Positions 52,126 through 64,000 of a DNA stretch of 64,000 nucleotides are shown piece after piece; positions within the stretch are counted from its first letter, which is position 1, and every line of letters begins with the position of its first letter. Where the stretch lies: contig OX597823.1 of assembly GCA_951406725.2 (NCBI GenBank), positions 11,470,001 to 11,534,000 on the forward strand, in the 5' to 3' direction. The position numbers and the translations under genes are program-made. The notes under the pieces were generated by a model, which was given only the letters and a program-made list of their open reading frames with translations, made no database searches and was not told where the DNA came from. The DNA is from Octopus vulgaris. Its lineage: Eukaryota.

Positions 52126-52534
52126 TATATTAAAAGTTTTCTTTTCAAAATATAAAATTGCTGACTCGCCGTCAAATTTGTTCTCCATTTTTCTTTACTC
52201 TGTATAACAATCACACAAAAGAATGATAAATTTATAGAAGGTACTTGGTGAGTTTTTTCAAGATTACTGTGCATACTTGTTTACCATTTGAGACTAGATT
52301 TGTAAACAGCAGTTTGTTAGTCATTGTTAGTCATATCTTATTCCACCTTCAAAACCACCAGTAGTCACAGTCAAAACTGACTGCGATATTGTCATGACAA
52401 CTGGAATGTTCTGCACTGATGAAGTCTTCCTTGCTTTACTATGGAAATTGTTTATTCAACTCCAATCTAAACACTCAGTTGGTTATGAATAAATCTTATT
52501 TTTCTATGTCTGTCTGTCTCTCTTTCTCTTAATA

Positions 52535-52814
52535 TATATACACACACACTATATCTATATCTATCTATATATATATATTATATATGTATATATATATTGT
52601 CTATATATATATTATATATGTATATATATTGTCTATACATATATTATATATATATTGTATATATATACAATATATATTGTATATATATTATATATAGTAT
52701 ATATGTATATATATTATATATGTATATATATTATATATATAGTATATATATATATATATATTATATATATATATATATTGTATATATATTATATATATAT
52801 ATATTATATATATA

Positions 52815-52872
<58 letters not shown>

Positions 52873-52890
52873 TATATTATATATATATAG

Positions 52891-52924
<34 letters not shown>

Positions 52925-52947
52925 GTATATATAAAGTATACATATAG

Positions 52948-52978
<31 letters not shown>

Positions 52979-53072
52979 TATATAAAGTATACATATAGTG
53001 TATATATATAGTATATATATAGTATACATATAGTATATATATATATATACATATATATAAATATACATATAG

Positions 53073-53103
<31 letters not shown>

Positions 53104-53176
53104 GTATATATATTATATATATATATGTATATACATATATATGTATATACATAACGGATGTATATACATATATATG

Positions 53177-53220
<44 letters not shown>

Positions 53221-53240
53221 AAGTATATATATATATGTAT
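52535..53240. repeat. ~700-bp interrupted (TA)n tract
   Basis: Direct inspection. Confidence 0.95.
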
Positions 53241-53879
53241 GGATAAATATCACACCTTGCAAATGGGTGAAATTTGGAGACAGAGAGGGCATCTGGTTGT
53301 AGAAAATTTGCCTCAAGTATATTCTGTCTGGCTTTTGTGAGCATGGAAAAGTGAGCTTTAAAATACTGAAAATATATATCTACATATACATACCTATAGG
53401 CATTTTATACACACACATACACTCACACACACACAAACGCACACACACACATATGGGTTTGTTTATACCATTAGGAAAAATAGAACTCAAACCATGACTT
53501 TTTTTGTTTTTAAATTTTGGTAGGTGAAACAAAGGAACAAAGTGACTCAAGGGTTGAGAGTTTCGTGTGTGGCACTTATAATATATATACACACAGACCT
53601 ATATAGACATGCATAGATGTTTCACATTGACCAGCTTACAATATTTTTTTAAGTAATGATATTTAAAAATGCTTCAAGTTCTCTCTGTATATGCATATGC
53701 GTGCGTGCGTGTGTGTGTGTGCTTGTGTGCATAAATAGATAGATAGATATACTATACACACACATACACACAGTGCAGAACAAGGTGAATTAAAGAATAA
53801 TGTATTGTAGAAATCAAGGATAGATAGTATTATATATACTATTTAAAAAAATTCTAGTGTTGCGGATCGACAGAATCGT

Positions 53880-54288
53880 TACTCTTTACTCTTTTACTTG
53901 TTTCAGTCATTTGACTGCGGCCATGCTGGAGCACCACCTTTAGTCGATCAAATCGACCCCGGGACTTATTCTTTGTAAGCCCAGTACTTATTCTATCGGT
54001 CACTTTTGCCGAACCACTAAGTGACGGGGACGTAAACACACCAGCATCGGTTGTCAAGCAATGCTAGGGGGACAAACACAGACACACAAACACACACACA
54101 CACACACATACATATATACATATATATGACAGACTTCTTTCAGTTTCCGTTTACCAAATCCACTCACAAGGCATTGGTCGGCTCGGGGCTATAGCAGAAG
54201 ACACTTGCCCAAGATGCCACGCAGTGGGACTGAACCTGCAACCATGTGGTTGGTTAGCAAGCTACTTACCACACAGCCACTCCTGTGC
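53880..54288 (-). mobile_element. SINE family A, full length
   Basis: Reverse-complement match to family A. Confidence 0.9.
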
Positions 54289-55315
54289 AAAATAATCGTA
54301 ATATTATTTTGTTATGCCCTTTTATATTTACCAAATCTCAGTATGGCTTCTACCTCTCTGTGGTCAAGAAAATAAAATAACTCTCATCTACTGTGCTTCT
54401 TTAAGCCAGTGATATCTCATCCCTCAAAGAATCTGGGAAGAATTTTAATTTTTTAATTTTTAAAACTATCTTTTTTAGTTTTAGTTGTGTCATTTTGGTG
54501 ATACTGTCTTTTATGATAACCTAGGGGCAGAAATAACAGATTATGATTCGTTGTTTTTTTGTAAAGTGTTAATGTTCAAACACTGAACACTATTGAAGCT
54601 ATTCCATCATAGTATCCTTAGCTAAGATATCATTATATTTAACTAGTTCCACTTCAAGTCAGTCTCTATAAATTCAAGCGACAATTCGATAAATGTTAGA
54701 AAAGCAGAAAGGCTTATACATTGGTATTAAGTAATATCTTGTGTGAGCTTGCTACCCTGGTTGTTAATTGGAATAATTATAAAACAGCATTTAATAGACA
54801 GATATGGACAGTGGTTGGCATTCAATTTCCAGCACAATATGCAAATTATTTCAAATTTGTTAGCTCAGTAAAATGGGTTTAAGCCATAAAATATATTGAA
54901 ACAGTAAAATACTTTCTAGAATATTCAGTGATTTGTGCTTTCCTTAAAAGAATTGAAATCTTTTAGAAATAAATTTAAATAGAAATGTGTTGCAATTACT
55001 GCTTGTTAATGACACTTTCCACATTAAAAATGGAGCTGATGGTTTTATTTAATGGTAATTTGGCATCAGGGGAGGTAAATCACTATTTCTTTTCTCTTGC
55101 ATTTTGAGAATACTTAGGTTCCATTACTCACTCCTGCTACTGATACTTGGATGACGACCATGGCGGCGTCATTGATTTTTTTTTTTACAAATACCTCCAT
55201 ACCCGACCCCTCTCTCGCATTTCAGATATTTTGAAATTTGATGGTTTCTTCTGATAAATATTATTAACTTTCTCGTCTCTTTCAGCTATAATTGTTTTGC
55301 TTTAGATTACTCCCT

Positions 55316-55349
<34 letters not shown>

Positions 55350-55682
55350 AAAATAATTGTTCACTACTAATCATATGGCTTGTAAGCTATACAATAGCTT
55401 TGGGGATTTTCTGGTTTTCTAACATCTATCTAATTTTCTACTGAATTTATAAGAATTAAGTTGTCAGGCATATTCGGCATTTACTAAATATATTCTATCT
55501 CCACTGAATATATTTTGCCACTTATAATATATTTATATATATTATATTGATGTCATCATATTCTCCCCCCTCCCTCACACTTGTCATGAGCAATATTTTC
55601 ATTATGATACTGACTATTATCACAGTGTAGTTGAAAAATTCTGATAGATTAAAGATTTTTATAACCATAGGTTATAACCACA

Positions 55683-55754
55683 GGTTCTATGGTGTAATGG
55701 TTAGCACTCTGGACTCTGAATCCAGCGATCCGAGTTCATGTCTCGGTAGAACCT
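55683..55754 (+). tRNA. tRNA-Gln (anticodon CTG), T-loop variant; possibly a pseudogene
   Basis: GGTTCTATGGTGTAATGGTTAGCACTCTGGACTCTGAATCCAGCGATCCGAGTTCATGTCTCGGTAGAACCT forms a full cloverleaf nearly identical to metazoan tRNA-Gln-CTG; TTTT follows at 55757-55760. Confidence 0.88.
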
Positions 55755-55767
55755 GATTTTCAATTAT

Positions 55768-56183
55768 AGGCGCAGGAGTGGCTGTGTGGTAAGTAGCTTG
55801 CTAACCAACCACATGGCTCCGGGTTCAGTCCCACTGCGTGGCATCTTGGGCAGGTGTCTTCTGCTATAGCCTCGGGCCGACCAAAGCCTTGTGAGTGGAT
55901 TTGGTAGATGGAAACTGAAAGAAGCCTGTCGTATATATGTATATATATATATATGAATGTGTGTGTTTGTGTGTCTGTGTTTGTCCCCCTAGCATTGCTT
56001 GACAACCGATGCTGGTGTGTTTACGTCCCCGTCACTTAGCGGTTCGGCAAAAGAGATTGATAGAATAAGGACTGGGCTTACAAAGAATAAGTCCTGGGGT
56101 CGATTTGCTCGACTAAAGGCGGTGCTCCAGCATGGCCGCAGTCAAATGCCTGAAACAAGGAAAAAGTAAAAAAAAAAAAAGAG
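55768..56183 (+). mobile_element. SINE family A, full length, 13 bp downstream of the tRNA
   Basis: Complete family A match. Confidence 0.9.
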
Positions 56184-57187
56184 TATATTTCAAATAAAAA
56201 AACAAAAAAAGAGCTTTGATTAATTTGAAAAATAATGAGAACTTGGAGTAATTTAGTATAGTAATGCTAACTTATTTATATGTATGTATGTTAAGCTAGT
56301 GGTTATAACATAAGAAGAAAAAAAAAAAAGGTTTTCTCCTAAAATTATGAGGGAAAACTTTAAATCTAGGTTTTGTGTGAAAACCAGAAACAATTTTGAG
56401 CAGTTTAATAGCAAAATAGTTGTGTGTATGATGGAAAAAAGACCAGTAAAAGAGTGATATTTAATTATGAATGATTCGATCCGAAAGATAGTCTGACAGG
56501 ATTCAGGATTTATACTTTACTGCTTGTTGCATTATATATTAACATTGCACACTTAGTATTCCAATTGTGTGTAATTAGTATCTTTATGAATTCATCTGCA
56601 ATTGTAGCTGATTGATAAGTAGGAAAGGAAAAAGCTTACACTGCAAGGGAGTTAATTCTGCTTAAACGGTTAATTTCCTATACTGTATCAAATATCTGTT
56701 GAGTCTTTTTTATATATATATTGTCTAATTGCTGTTACAGCTATGTTCACTTACGTTTATTTCAATTTAAACTCCTTCTTTCAGTTCTTAAAATTTCTCT
56801 GGTCGCGAGATCCATGTCAGTGGATTATGTTAACACTCAAATATATTGATTTGGTATTCCTGAATTGGGCTAAAGGAACGGGTTGTGTCTGGAAGCATAG
56901 CCTTAATGAATGAATGCTAATTTATTCAATTTCTGATATTTATTTTGAATGTGTTCTTAAGGTTTGTGATTATCATTGTTGTCATCTTAACATTCACTTT
57001 CTCAAAATTGCATGGGTTAGACAGGATTTTTTAAGAGAGAATCTCTATAGCCAGATGCCCTTCCTGTTGTCAACTCACGCCTGTTTTCAAGCAAGGTATT
57101 ATTTCCCAAAGCTGGATATGTTTCCCACAGAAGGCTGGAAAGGAACAACATCACTTCTATAATAGTGATGCTCATTTACAACCATAA

Positions 57188-57294
57188 CATCATCATCATC
57201 ATCATCGTTTAACGTCCGCTTTCCATGCTAGCATGGGTTGGACGGTTCAACTGGGGTCTGGGAAGCCCGAAGGCTGCACCAGGCCAGTCAGATC
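57188..57294 (-). mobile_element. Short family C copy
   Basis: (CAT)n-CGTTTAACGTCCGCTTTCCATGCTAGCATGGG... Confidence 0.75.
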
Positions 57295-58751
57295 ATGATG
57301 GCAAAAAAATGGGTAAATACACACATTCATATGACAAGCTTCACTCAGTTTCTGTTTACCAAATCCACTCAAAAGGCTTTGGTTGAACCAAGGCTTTAGA
57401 AGAAGACATTTGCTCAAAGTGCCACAAAGGTGAATTGAACCCAAGATAACATGGCTAGAAAGCAAGCTTCGTAACCACACAGCCACATCTGCACTATTGT
57501 TTCTAGTATTTCATATATGGATATTACAGAACTTCTGAATTTCTCATCCTTTCTAAATGATTTTTATCACCCACCAGGCAATGTCAAATACTTTCCCTAT
57601 GAGTTGGGAAAGGCAAGATATAATGACTTCAACAAAGGCAAGATATAATTACTTGTTCTTCAAAAAGGAAAGGTATAGTTACTTGTTCTTCAACAAGTAC
57701 CTCTATTTTGATGGTTTTTATACATTAGTTATTCCCATTATAGAAATTAATTTCTAGTGCACAGTCCTTAGTATTTCTGGAAAACTATACAGTGATGCTA
57801 ACATACTCAAGTGAATAATACCCACTTGAAGCTTGGCGAACATATTCCAGTATATATATAACATGCCCAGCGTATCTCCATGGTTAATTTTTGCTTCTGT
57901 AGTCTTTCAGATTTCTTTGTCCCCTAACCTTTACTGCTAGTTCACCGTATCCTGCTCACCTTTACTACTACTGAGGATCCTAATTTTACCTTTTGCTAAA
58001 AAAAAAAGCTTACACTTTCAATCTCTAGTTTTTTTAATTGTTGCACTCAAAAACGTTTTCAGACTAAAATATTCAAGTATTTCTACTTCAGCTGGTCACT
58101 AAATAAATAAAAATATTGCCAGTTTACTTCTCTTTGATTGCATTTTATTAGTTACCTTTTATGTTGCATATAGAAGGAATCATTATCCTTGTGCTATCAT
58201 TGGGTGAAAGATATTTACAAATGCATAATCATATGTGTTTATCGTAGTGTCAGTGTAAGACCAAGGGCATTTATCATATTGTCAGCACCAGTGTAAGACC
58301 ATGGATGTTTGTCATAGGATCAGAACTTACATGATTCCAAGATTTTTTTATAAGTGAATCAGTACCAATGTATGAACAAGGATGTATATTACAGTTTTGA
58401 TAACAATGTAAGACTATGAGTGTGTGTGTGTGTGTGTGTTTTTATGTTTATTTGCGCATATATGCATATGTGTGTAATTTCTATATGTAAATGTATGTCT
58501 GTGTCTATATACGTACGCCTTATGGAAGTCTGTTTATTTTCATTTGATATTTACTGAATGATATCCTACCCCCAGCCAGATAGTAATATCAATCAGTGTA
58601 TTTATTTGTATCCCATATTGTGTAGTCATTTGTGTTTGCATGGCCTTTGCATGATTTAATAGAGATGAAAATATTGGTAGGGTTTCCATATTAACTATCG
58701 GGATACTATCAGAGCTGAGACAACTCTGTTCCCTGTATTAGCTTTTGTGTG

Positions 58752-58812
<61 letters not shown>

Positions 58813-58820
58813 CAACAATC

Positions 58821-59049
58821 ATAATAATAATAATACTTTCTACTATGGGCACAGGGCCTGAAATTTTGGATGAGGGGGCTAGTCGATGACATCAAACCCA
58901 GTGCTCAACTGGTACTTGTTTTGTTGACCCTGAAAAGAAGAAAGGGCAAAATCAACCTCAGCAGAATTTGAACTCAGTACATGAAGACACACGAAATACC
59001 ACTATGTATTTTATCTGGCATGCTAACGATTCTACCAGCTCACCACTTT
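58821..59049 (-). mobile_element. SINE family D with alternative tail ending in (TTA)n
   Basis: Head and body homologous to 37345-37569, but the tail is CCAAAATTTCAGGCCCTGTGCCCATAGTAGAAAG(TAT)n on the minus strand. Confidence 0.7.
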
Positions 59050-59488
59050 CATAATAATAAGTAGAATAAGAATTGTGTCAAATTTCGGCACAAGGCCTGT
59101 AATTTTAAGTGGTGGTAGGAGCTAGTCCTTGACATGGATACTTTATTAACCCATGTCGGCTCTACATAAAGATATCTGTCTGTACCCCTGTATACCTTTG
59201 GCACAAAATCACACACCCCTCAATACTACTCACCCTCCCTACTGAGTGGGGTCTTGTCTTGCAAGGTACTTGGCCACCCTGCTGGCCAAAATAGACAATG
59301 GAGCCTGAGGTAGCACCTATCAAACCTTCCAACCTATGCCAGCATGGGAACTGGACGTTAAATGATGGTGATAATGAAAAGGATGAAAGGCAAAGTCGAT
59401 CTCATTGGGATTTGAACATGAAACATAAAAAGCTGCAAGAAATGCTATTATCTTGCTAACAATTCTGCTAGCTTGTCATCTTATAAAT

Positions 59489-59870
59489 GGAGGCGCAATG
59501 GCCCAGTGGTTCGGGCAGCGGACTCGCGGTCGTAGGATCGCGGTTTCGATTCCCAGACCGTGCGTTGTGAGTGTTTATTGAGCGAAAACACCTAAAAGCT
59601 CCACGAGGCTCCGGCAGGGGATGGTGGTGATCCCTGCTGTACTCTTTCACCACAACTTCTCTCACTCTTACTTCCTGTTTCTGTTGTACCTGTATTTCAA
59701 AGGGCCGGCCTTGTCACTCTCTGTGTCACGCTGAATATCCCCGAGAACTACGTTAAGGGTACACGTGTCTGTGGAGTGCTCAGCCACTTACACGTTAATT
59801 TCACAAGCAGGCTGTTCCGTTGATCGGATCAACTGGAACCCTCATCGTCGTAACCGACGGAGTGCTTCCA
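59489..59870 (+). mobile_element. SINE family B, full length with 12-bp TSD
   Basis: CATCTTATAAAT at 59477-59488 and 59871-59882. Confidence 0.92.
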
Positions 59871-62800
59871 CATCTTATAAATAATAAGTTTTGAAGGGAA
59901 CGAGTTAATCAATTCCATCAGCCCCTGTACTTCACTGATGCTTTATTCAATTGCGAAGGTTGAATTGCTGTTGCTTCAGTTGTGAGAGAAAAACATTTTT
60001 GTCTCCTTTTGATGTAGAATTTTTTCTTGAAATATTAAAATTCTAATCTCTCTTATGACTCACCAACTTAACCAAATTTAACCTCATAGGTGTTTATATA
60101 AGCCTAGTAGCATCGATCTCGAATGTTTTGTCTTTGATATCGTAAGGTAAATACCATGGCCAAATTAGTTTAAAAACCATTGCCATCATTTCCAAAACAA
60201 AGAAATAAGTGGGAAAGAAATGCAGACTCTATAAAATACAGCAATTTTCATAACAAGGGAAATAACTCTTTTAAAATTAGACCTAAGATAATGATTTCAC
60301 TCCCTTGATATACCATAAAATTACATCCAACAATTTTATTTAAGGTATGACCAATTAGTTAATGTTGCATAGCCCCATGTCAGGCTTAATCTAGCAGACC
60401 TATGATCAAGGAGATCCTACTGATGGAAATTATTATTTTCTCCAGATATAGTGTATCTAAAACTAGATTATTTGATATATCTTTTAAAGGAGTGATTTGA
60501 TGGAAATTTTGGCTACTATTTCTGCTTTGTTCACTGGTTATACAACAGTAGTTGTTGCTGTGGTGCCTTTTGTGTCTGAATTCATCCATTATCCATTTTA
60601 TATGTTGAAGTCAAAAATAAGTTTGAAAATTACTGCTTAATTATTTTTCTCTTCCTATCTCACAGATGTTATTCGAATCTGAAAAAAACATTTGTATAAT
60701 CTCTGTTAGGCAATTTAGTGTGAAATCACTAAAACTAATTAATATATGTTGTTGTTGTTGTGCTTCTGCCCCAGATCAATCCCAGTCGTGTTCACCTATG
60801 ATGTTTGGCCTTCCAGTCGTGACTATTCTGTCTTTTTGTATATTTTGGACCTCAGTGACCAGAATGCTCTTTTAAAACAGTGTAATTTGAAGGACATTCG
60901 GCTGTTATTTCTAGCAGGCCTGGTGACCATATAGAGGGTCCCACATTGACAATTATTTTGTATATGTATATGTGTGATGCAGATGTTTGATGTGTGTTTG
61001 TGTGTATATATCTTGGGAATTAAAAATTTTAATTCTTTTCATGTTGTAAAGTCTCAGTATACATCACTCTGTGGGTGTATATCCACACACTAACACACAC
61101 ACTTATATTTATGTACACAGCTTATAAATGAAACGTAAAATATTTTCAGTTTAAAAGTGTATTTTTTGTTTAACATGGAAGCAGTCTGATGGCTGTTATT
61201 GTTTATAATAAACATTTTTATTTTTCATGGAATAAAAAAAATTGTTTAACTAGCACATATATATATGTGTGTGTGTATTTGTGATAAAACTTGAAGTCTA
61301 GCATATTCCCACCTAAATGTCAAATTTAACGTCTACAACACAGTATATAGAGATGTTCTAGTAACATAGCCTTGGCTGTGATAGCTTCCTTTCTTGCTTC
61401 TAACTTATAAATCTATTGTGAATTGGCTTTCATTTTATATCGATCACTTTCAAAGGTTGCAGAATTGACAGATTTGGTAGAACAAAATGCCAAACAGTAT
61501 TTAGTTATGCCTCTTTATACTCTGAGTTCAAATCCCTCCCCAGGATCAACTTTGCCTTTCGCTCATCCGGGCTTCACAAAAGCAGTACTGGACAAGTACT
61601 TAGGTGTTTGATATAACTGATTATACTCTCTCTTGGCGAAACATGTGGCTTTGTGCCCATGTGGTATTAGTTTTTTTATGATGCTTCTCTGTTTGTTTCA
61701 TTTTAATTTCTTGACAATATTTCATTTCTTTCCTCTCCATCAGAATTTATATAGATATAATGTTATGCTTATTTTATCTTCAAATATAGTCTAAGATACA
61801 CGAATGGCATTTTAACTATGCATGGCTTTATCTGTGATGGTTTAGACAGCCTAAAGAATTAAAAAATTAACAGATGTATAATCAAAGATATTCTAACCGA
61901 GAATGCATTCTTTGTGATTGACTAACAACACTACATTGTTTAATTGCTCCAGGTGTCAGTGCTTTGGCTGCTGTTTCTAGCAGATCAAATAAAATGAGTA
62001 TAGGCTCCCTTGTTAGCTCATCAAGGATTATTTATTAGAATATCAGTGCAGAGCTCTGGATACTTTTGAATCAAAACCACATTTGGATACTTTCAAAGAA
62101 ATCGGATCTCCCTCTTCAGTGTTGAAGCTTAACTACTTCACTTAATAGTCCCTTTACTCCACACCTTAGTGTGTTGTTTATACAGCTTAATAATACAGCT
62201 AAGTATTACTAGATTAAACTATTGTTAAAGATATGTTCTCAGCTCAGCTCCAATCATTTGGCAAATCATATCTTAAGCTCAAATCATATTAGGATAAAAA
62301 GCTTGGTCTTCTGTATCTACATTCAGTCCCTTAACCCAGCACTTAAGGCAAGTTTCTTCTACCATAGATTCCTGGTTGACTAATACCCAGTGAGTGAAGT
62401 TAGACATATATTGTGCAGGTGTCCATCAGGCAGACTGTACCTGTTTTTAGGAAGTAGGCTCACTCTCCGTCTGGTTTTAACACCAGCTGATCTTTGGATA
62501 CCTTTAGTCCACTATATTAGAGTCAAACCAGGATTCTGCACTGAGGATGACTCAAAATTTTGATGAGCTACTGTCTATTGCATCCTATGAATAGTGGTTC
62601 TTCTTTAACCCCTCTTTAGCAGTCTCAGAAACTTTGCCAAAACTTAAGAACTTTCCTTCTTTCTCTGACTAAACCATAAAAAAAAATTAAGAAAAAAATG
62701 TGTTACATTTTTTTCTTATTAACTGACAAGTACTTAGAATTAATTATGAAATCATCTACTGATTAATTACTTCTCTTAAATATAGCAATTAAGCAAATTT

Positions 62801-63180
62801 TTGCAGAACAATAATCCAATAGCTTATTACAATGATTGAGTTTAATACAAATGTTATTCTGGAAGTGAATGGAAATTGAGATGCTGTTTTCTTCCTGAAA
62901 TTGTATCGAAGAATGTGTGTGTGTCTGTGAAAGTTAAAGTAATGGTGGAATAGAATAAAAATACTAAACAAAACACTTAAAATGTAGAAATGTTGTGTGG
63001 AATACTGGATTTTAGGTTTTATCACAATATTTCTCTATACAATTAAATTGATTGCCATATGTGAATGTATATCATAGACTAAAAAAGAAAAAAAAAACAA
63101 AAAAAAAAACAAAAGTGGTTTGTCTTTTTTTTTTTTAATGAAGTTTATTCCTAATTAGAATTTTCTTCTTCTACCTACAG

Positions 63181-63210
63181 AAATAAATCATTGGAAATTT
63201 ATGTATGAAG
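63181..63210 (+). CDS. Candidate 30-nt phase 1-1 micro-exon (xINHWKFMYE)
   Basis: Branch-like CCTAAT at ~63150, tract TTTTCTTCTTCTACCTACAG, donor AAG|GTAAAA; stops in phases 0 and 2, open in phase 1. Confidence 0.5.
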
Positions 63211-63486
63211 GTAAAATTTATTATAGTAAAAGTAGATGCAACTAATTAACAAATCATTTAATAAATTATTTAAATATGATGCATTTTAAAGATAATTCCT
63301 AATTTGGGGATAGTTGTTCTTTCTACTAGAAAATCTTATAGGTTGTTGTCAGCTTTTTATGTGTGACCCCTTACAGTATTTTAGGGGGAGGCTGGTTAGG
63401 TTGCAACCTATAATCACTACTGTTTTAGAAAATGATGCTGTAATTTCATCATATATATTACATGTACGTGTGTGTGTATATATATT

Positions 63487-63535
<49 letters not shown>

Positions 63536-64000
63536 TTATATATATACATATATATTCACAGCCAGTAATGTGTAACTTATTAAACTGTCTTAAATCAATG
63601 TCATATATCTTATATTAAATCATACATATATATATATATCAGTAAATACAGAGTGTCTACCTGCAACCTATCAGCCTTTTCTTCCTACCTGCCTGTTGCA
63701 GCATTTCAATGTGAATTCTGTGCTAGTGTTGTACGTTTCAGTTTTATTGGTCTTCATTTAGTGTGTTCACTGTGTTCGGTATTTCTTAATCAATGCACTT
63801 TTATATATAGTAGCACTATTTTCATACTGTACACTCAGATTATTTGAATTATATTCCCTCTCAGTCTCTCACTCTCTTATTGCTCTGTCTGTCTATCTAT
63901 CTATCTATCTCTCTATCATATATATATAAACATGTCTCTCTCTCTCTCTTTGTCTCCCTCTCTCTCTTTCTCTTTCACTTTCACTTTCTCTCTCTAATCC

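Noticed and set aside
55226-55243. 18-nt phase-1 open segments (also 37784-37801)
   Set aside because: One has a very weak donor (GTTTCT) and the other a rare GAG acceptor.
62530-62590. CTGAGGA followed by possible stems (hammerhead-like); a similar trace near 14160-14195
   Set aside because: The GAAA or CUGANGA core is incomplete; too decayed to call.

Overview
AT-rich animal genomic DNA. The SINE/LINE/microsatellite landscape suggests an octopod cephalopod (inference). Most of the window lies inside a + strand gene for a LAR-family (type IIa) receptor protein tyrosine phosphatase. The N-terminal Ig1 exon (6647-6940, phase 1-1) is clear, and I found no Ig2 exon in the following ~57 kb. Around Ig1 there are several short candidate exons with good splice signals whose only open frame is phase 1: 42 nt at 5408-5449, 24 nt at 7957-7980 and 30 nt at 63181-63210. 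A possible signal-peptide exon lies at 4495-4636. Together these suggest a micro-exon cassette system at positions different from vertebrate meA/meB. Other highlights are a pri-miRNA-like hairpin with correctly spaced basal UG and CNNC motifs (31761-31861), a 135-bp TSD-flanked element carrying a minimal hammerhead ribozyme (12982-13116, minus strand), and a tRNA-Gln(CTG) with an atypical T-loop. The rest is mobile DNA (several tRNA-derived SINE families with swapped tails, RTE/CR1 LINE remnants, TTAA MITEs, non-autonomous Helitrons) and microsatellites. All calls were made by eye; no searches or folding programs were run. Repeat family letters (A-G) are my own labels.
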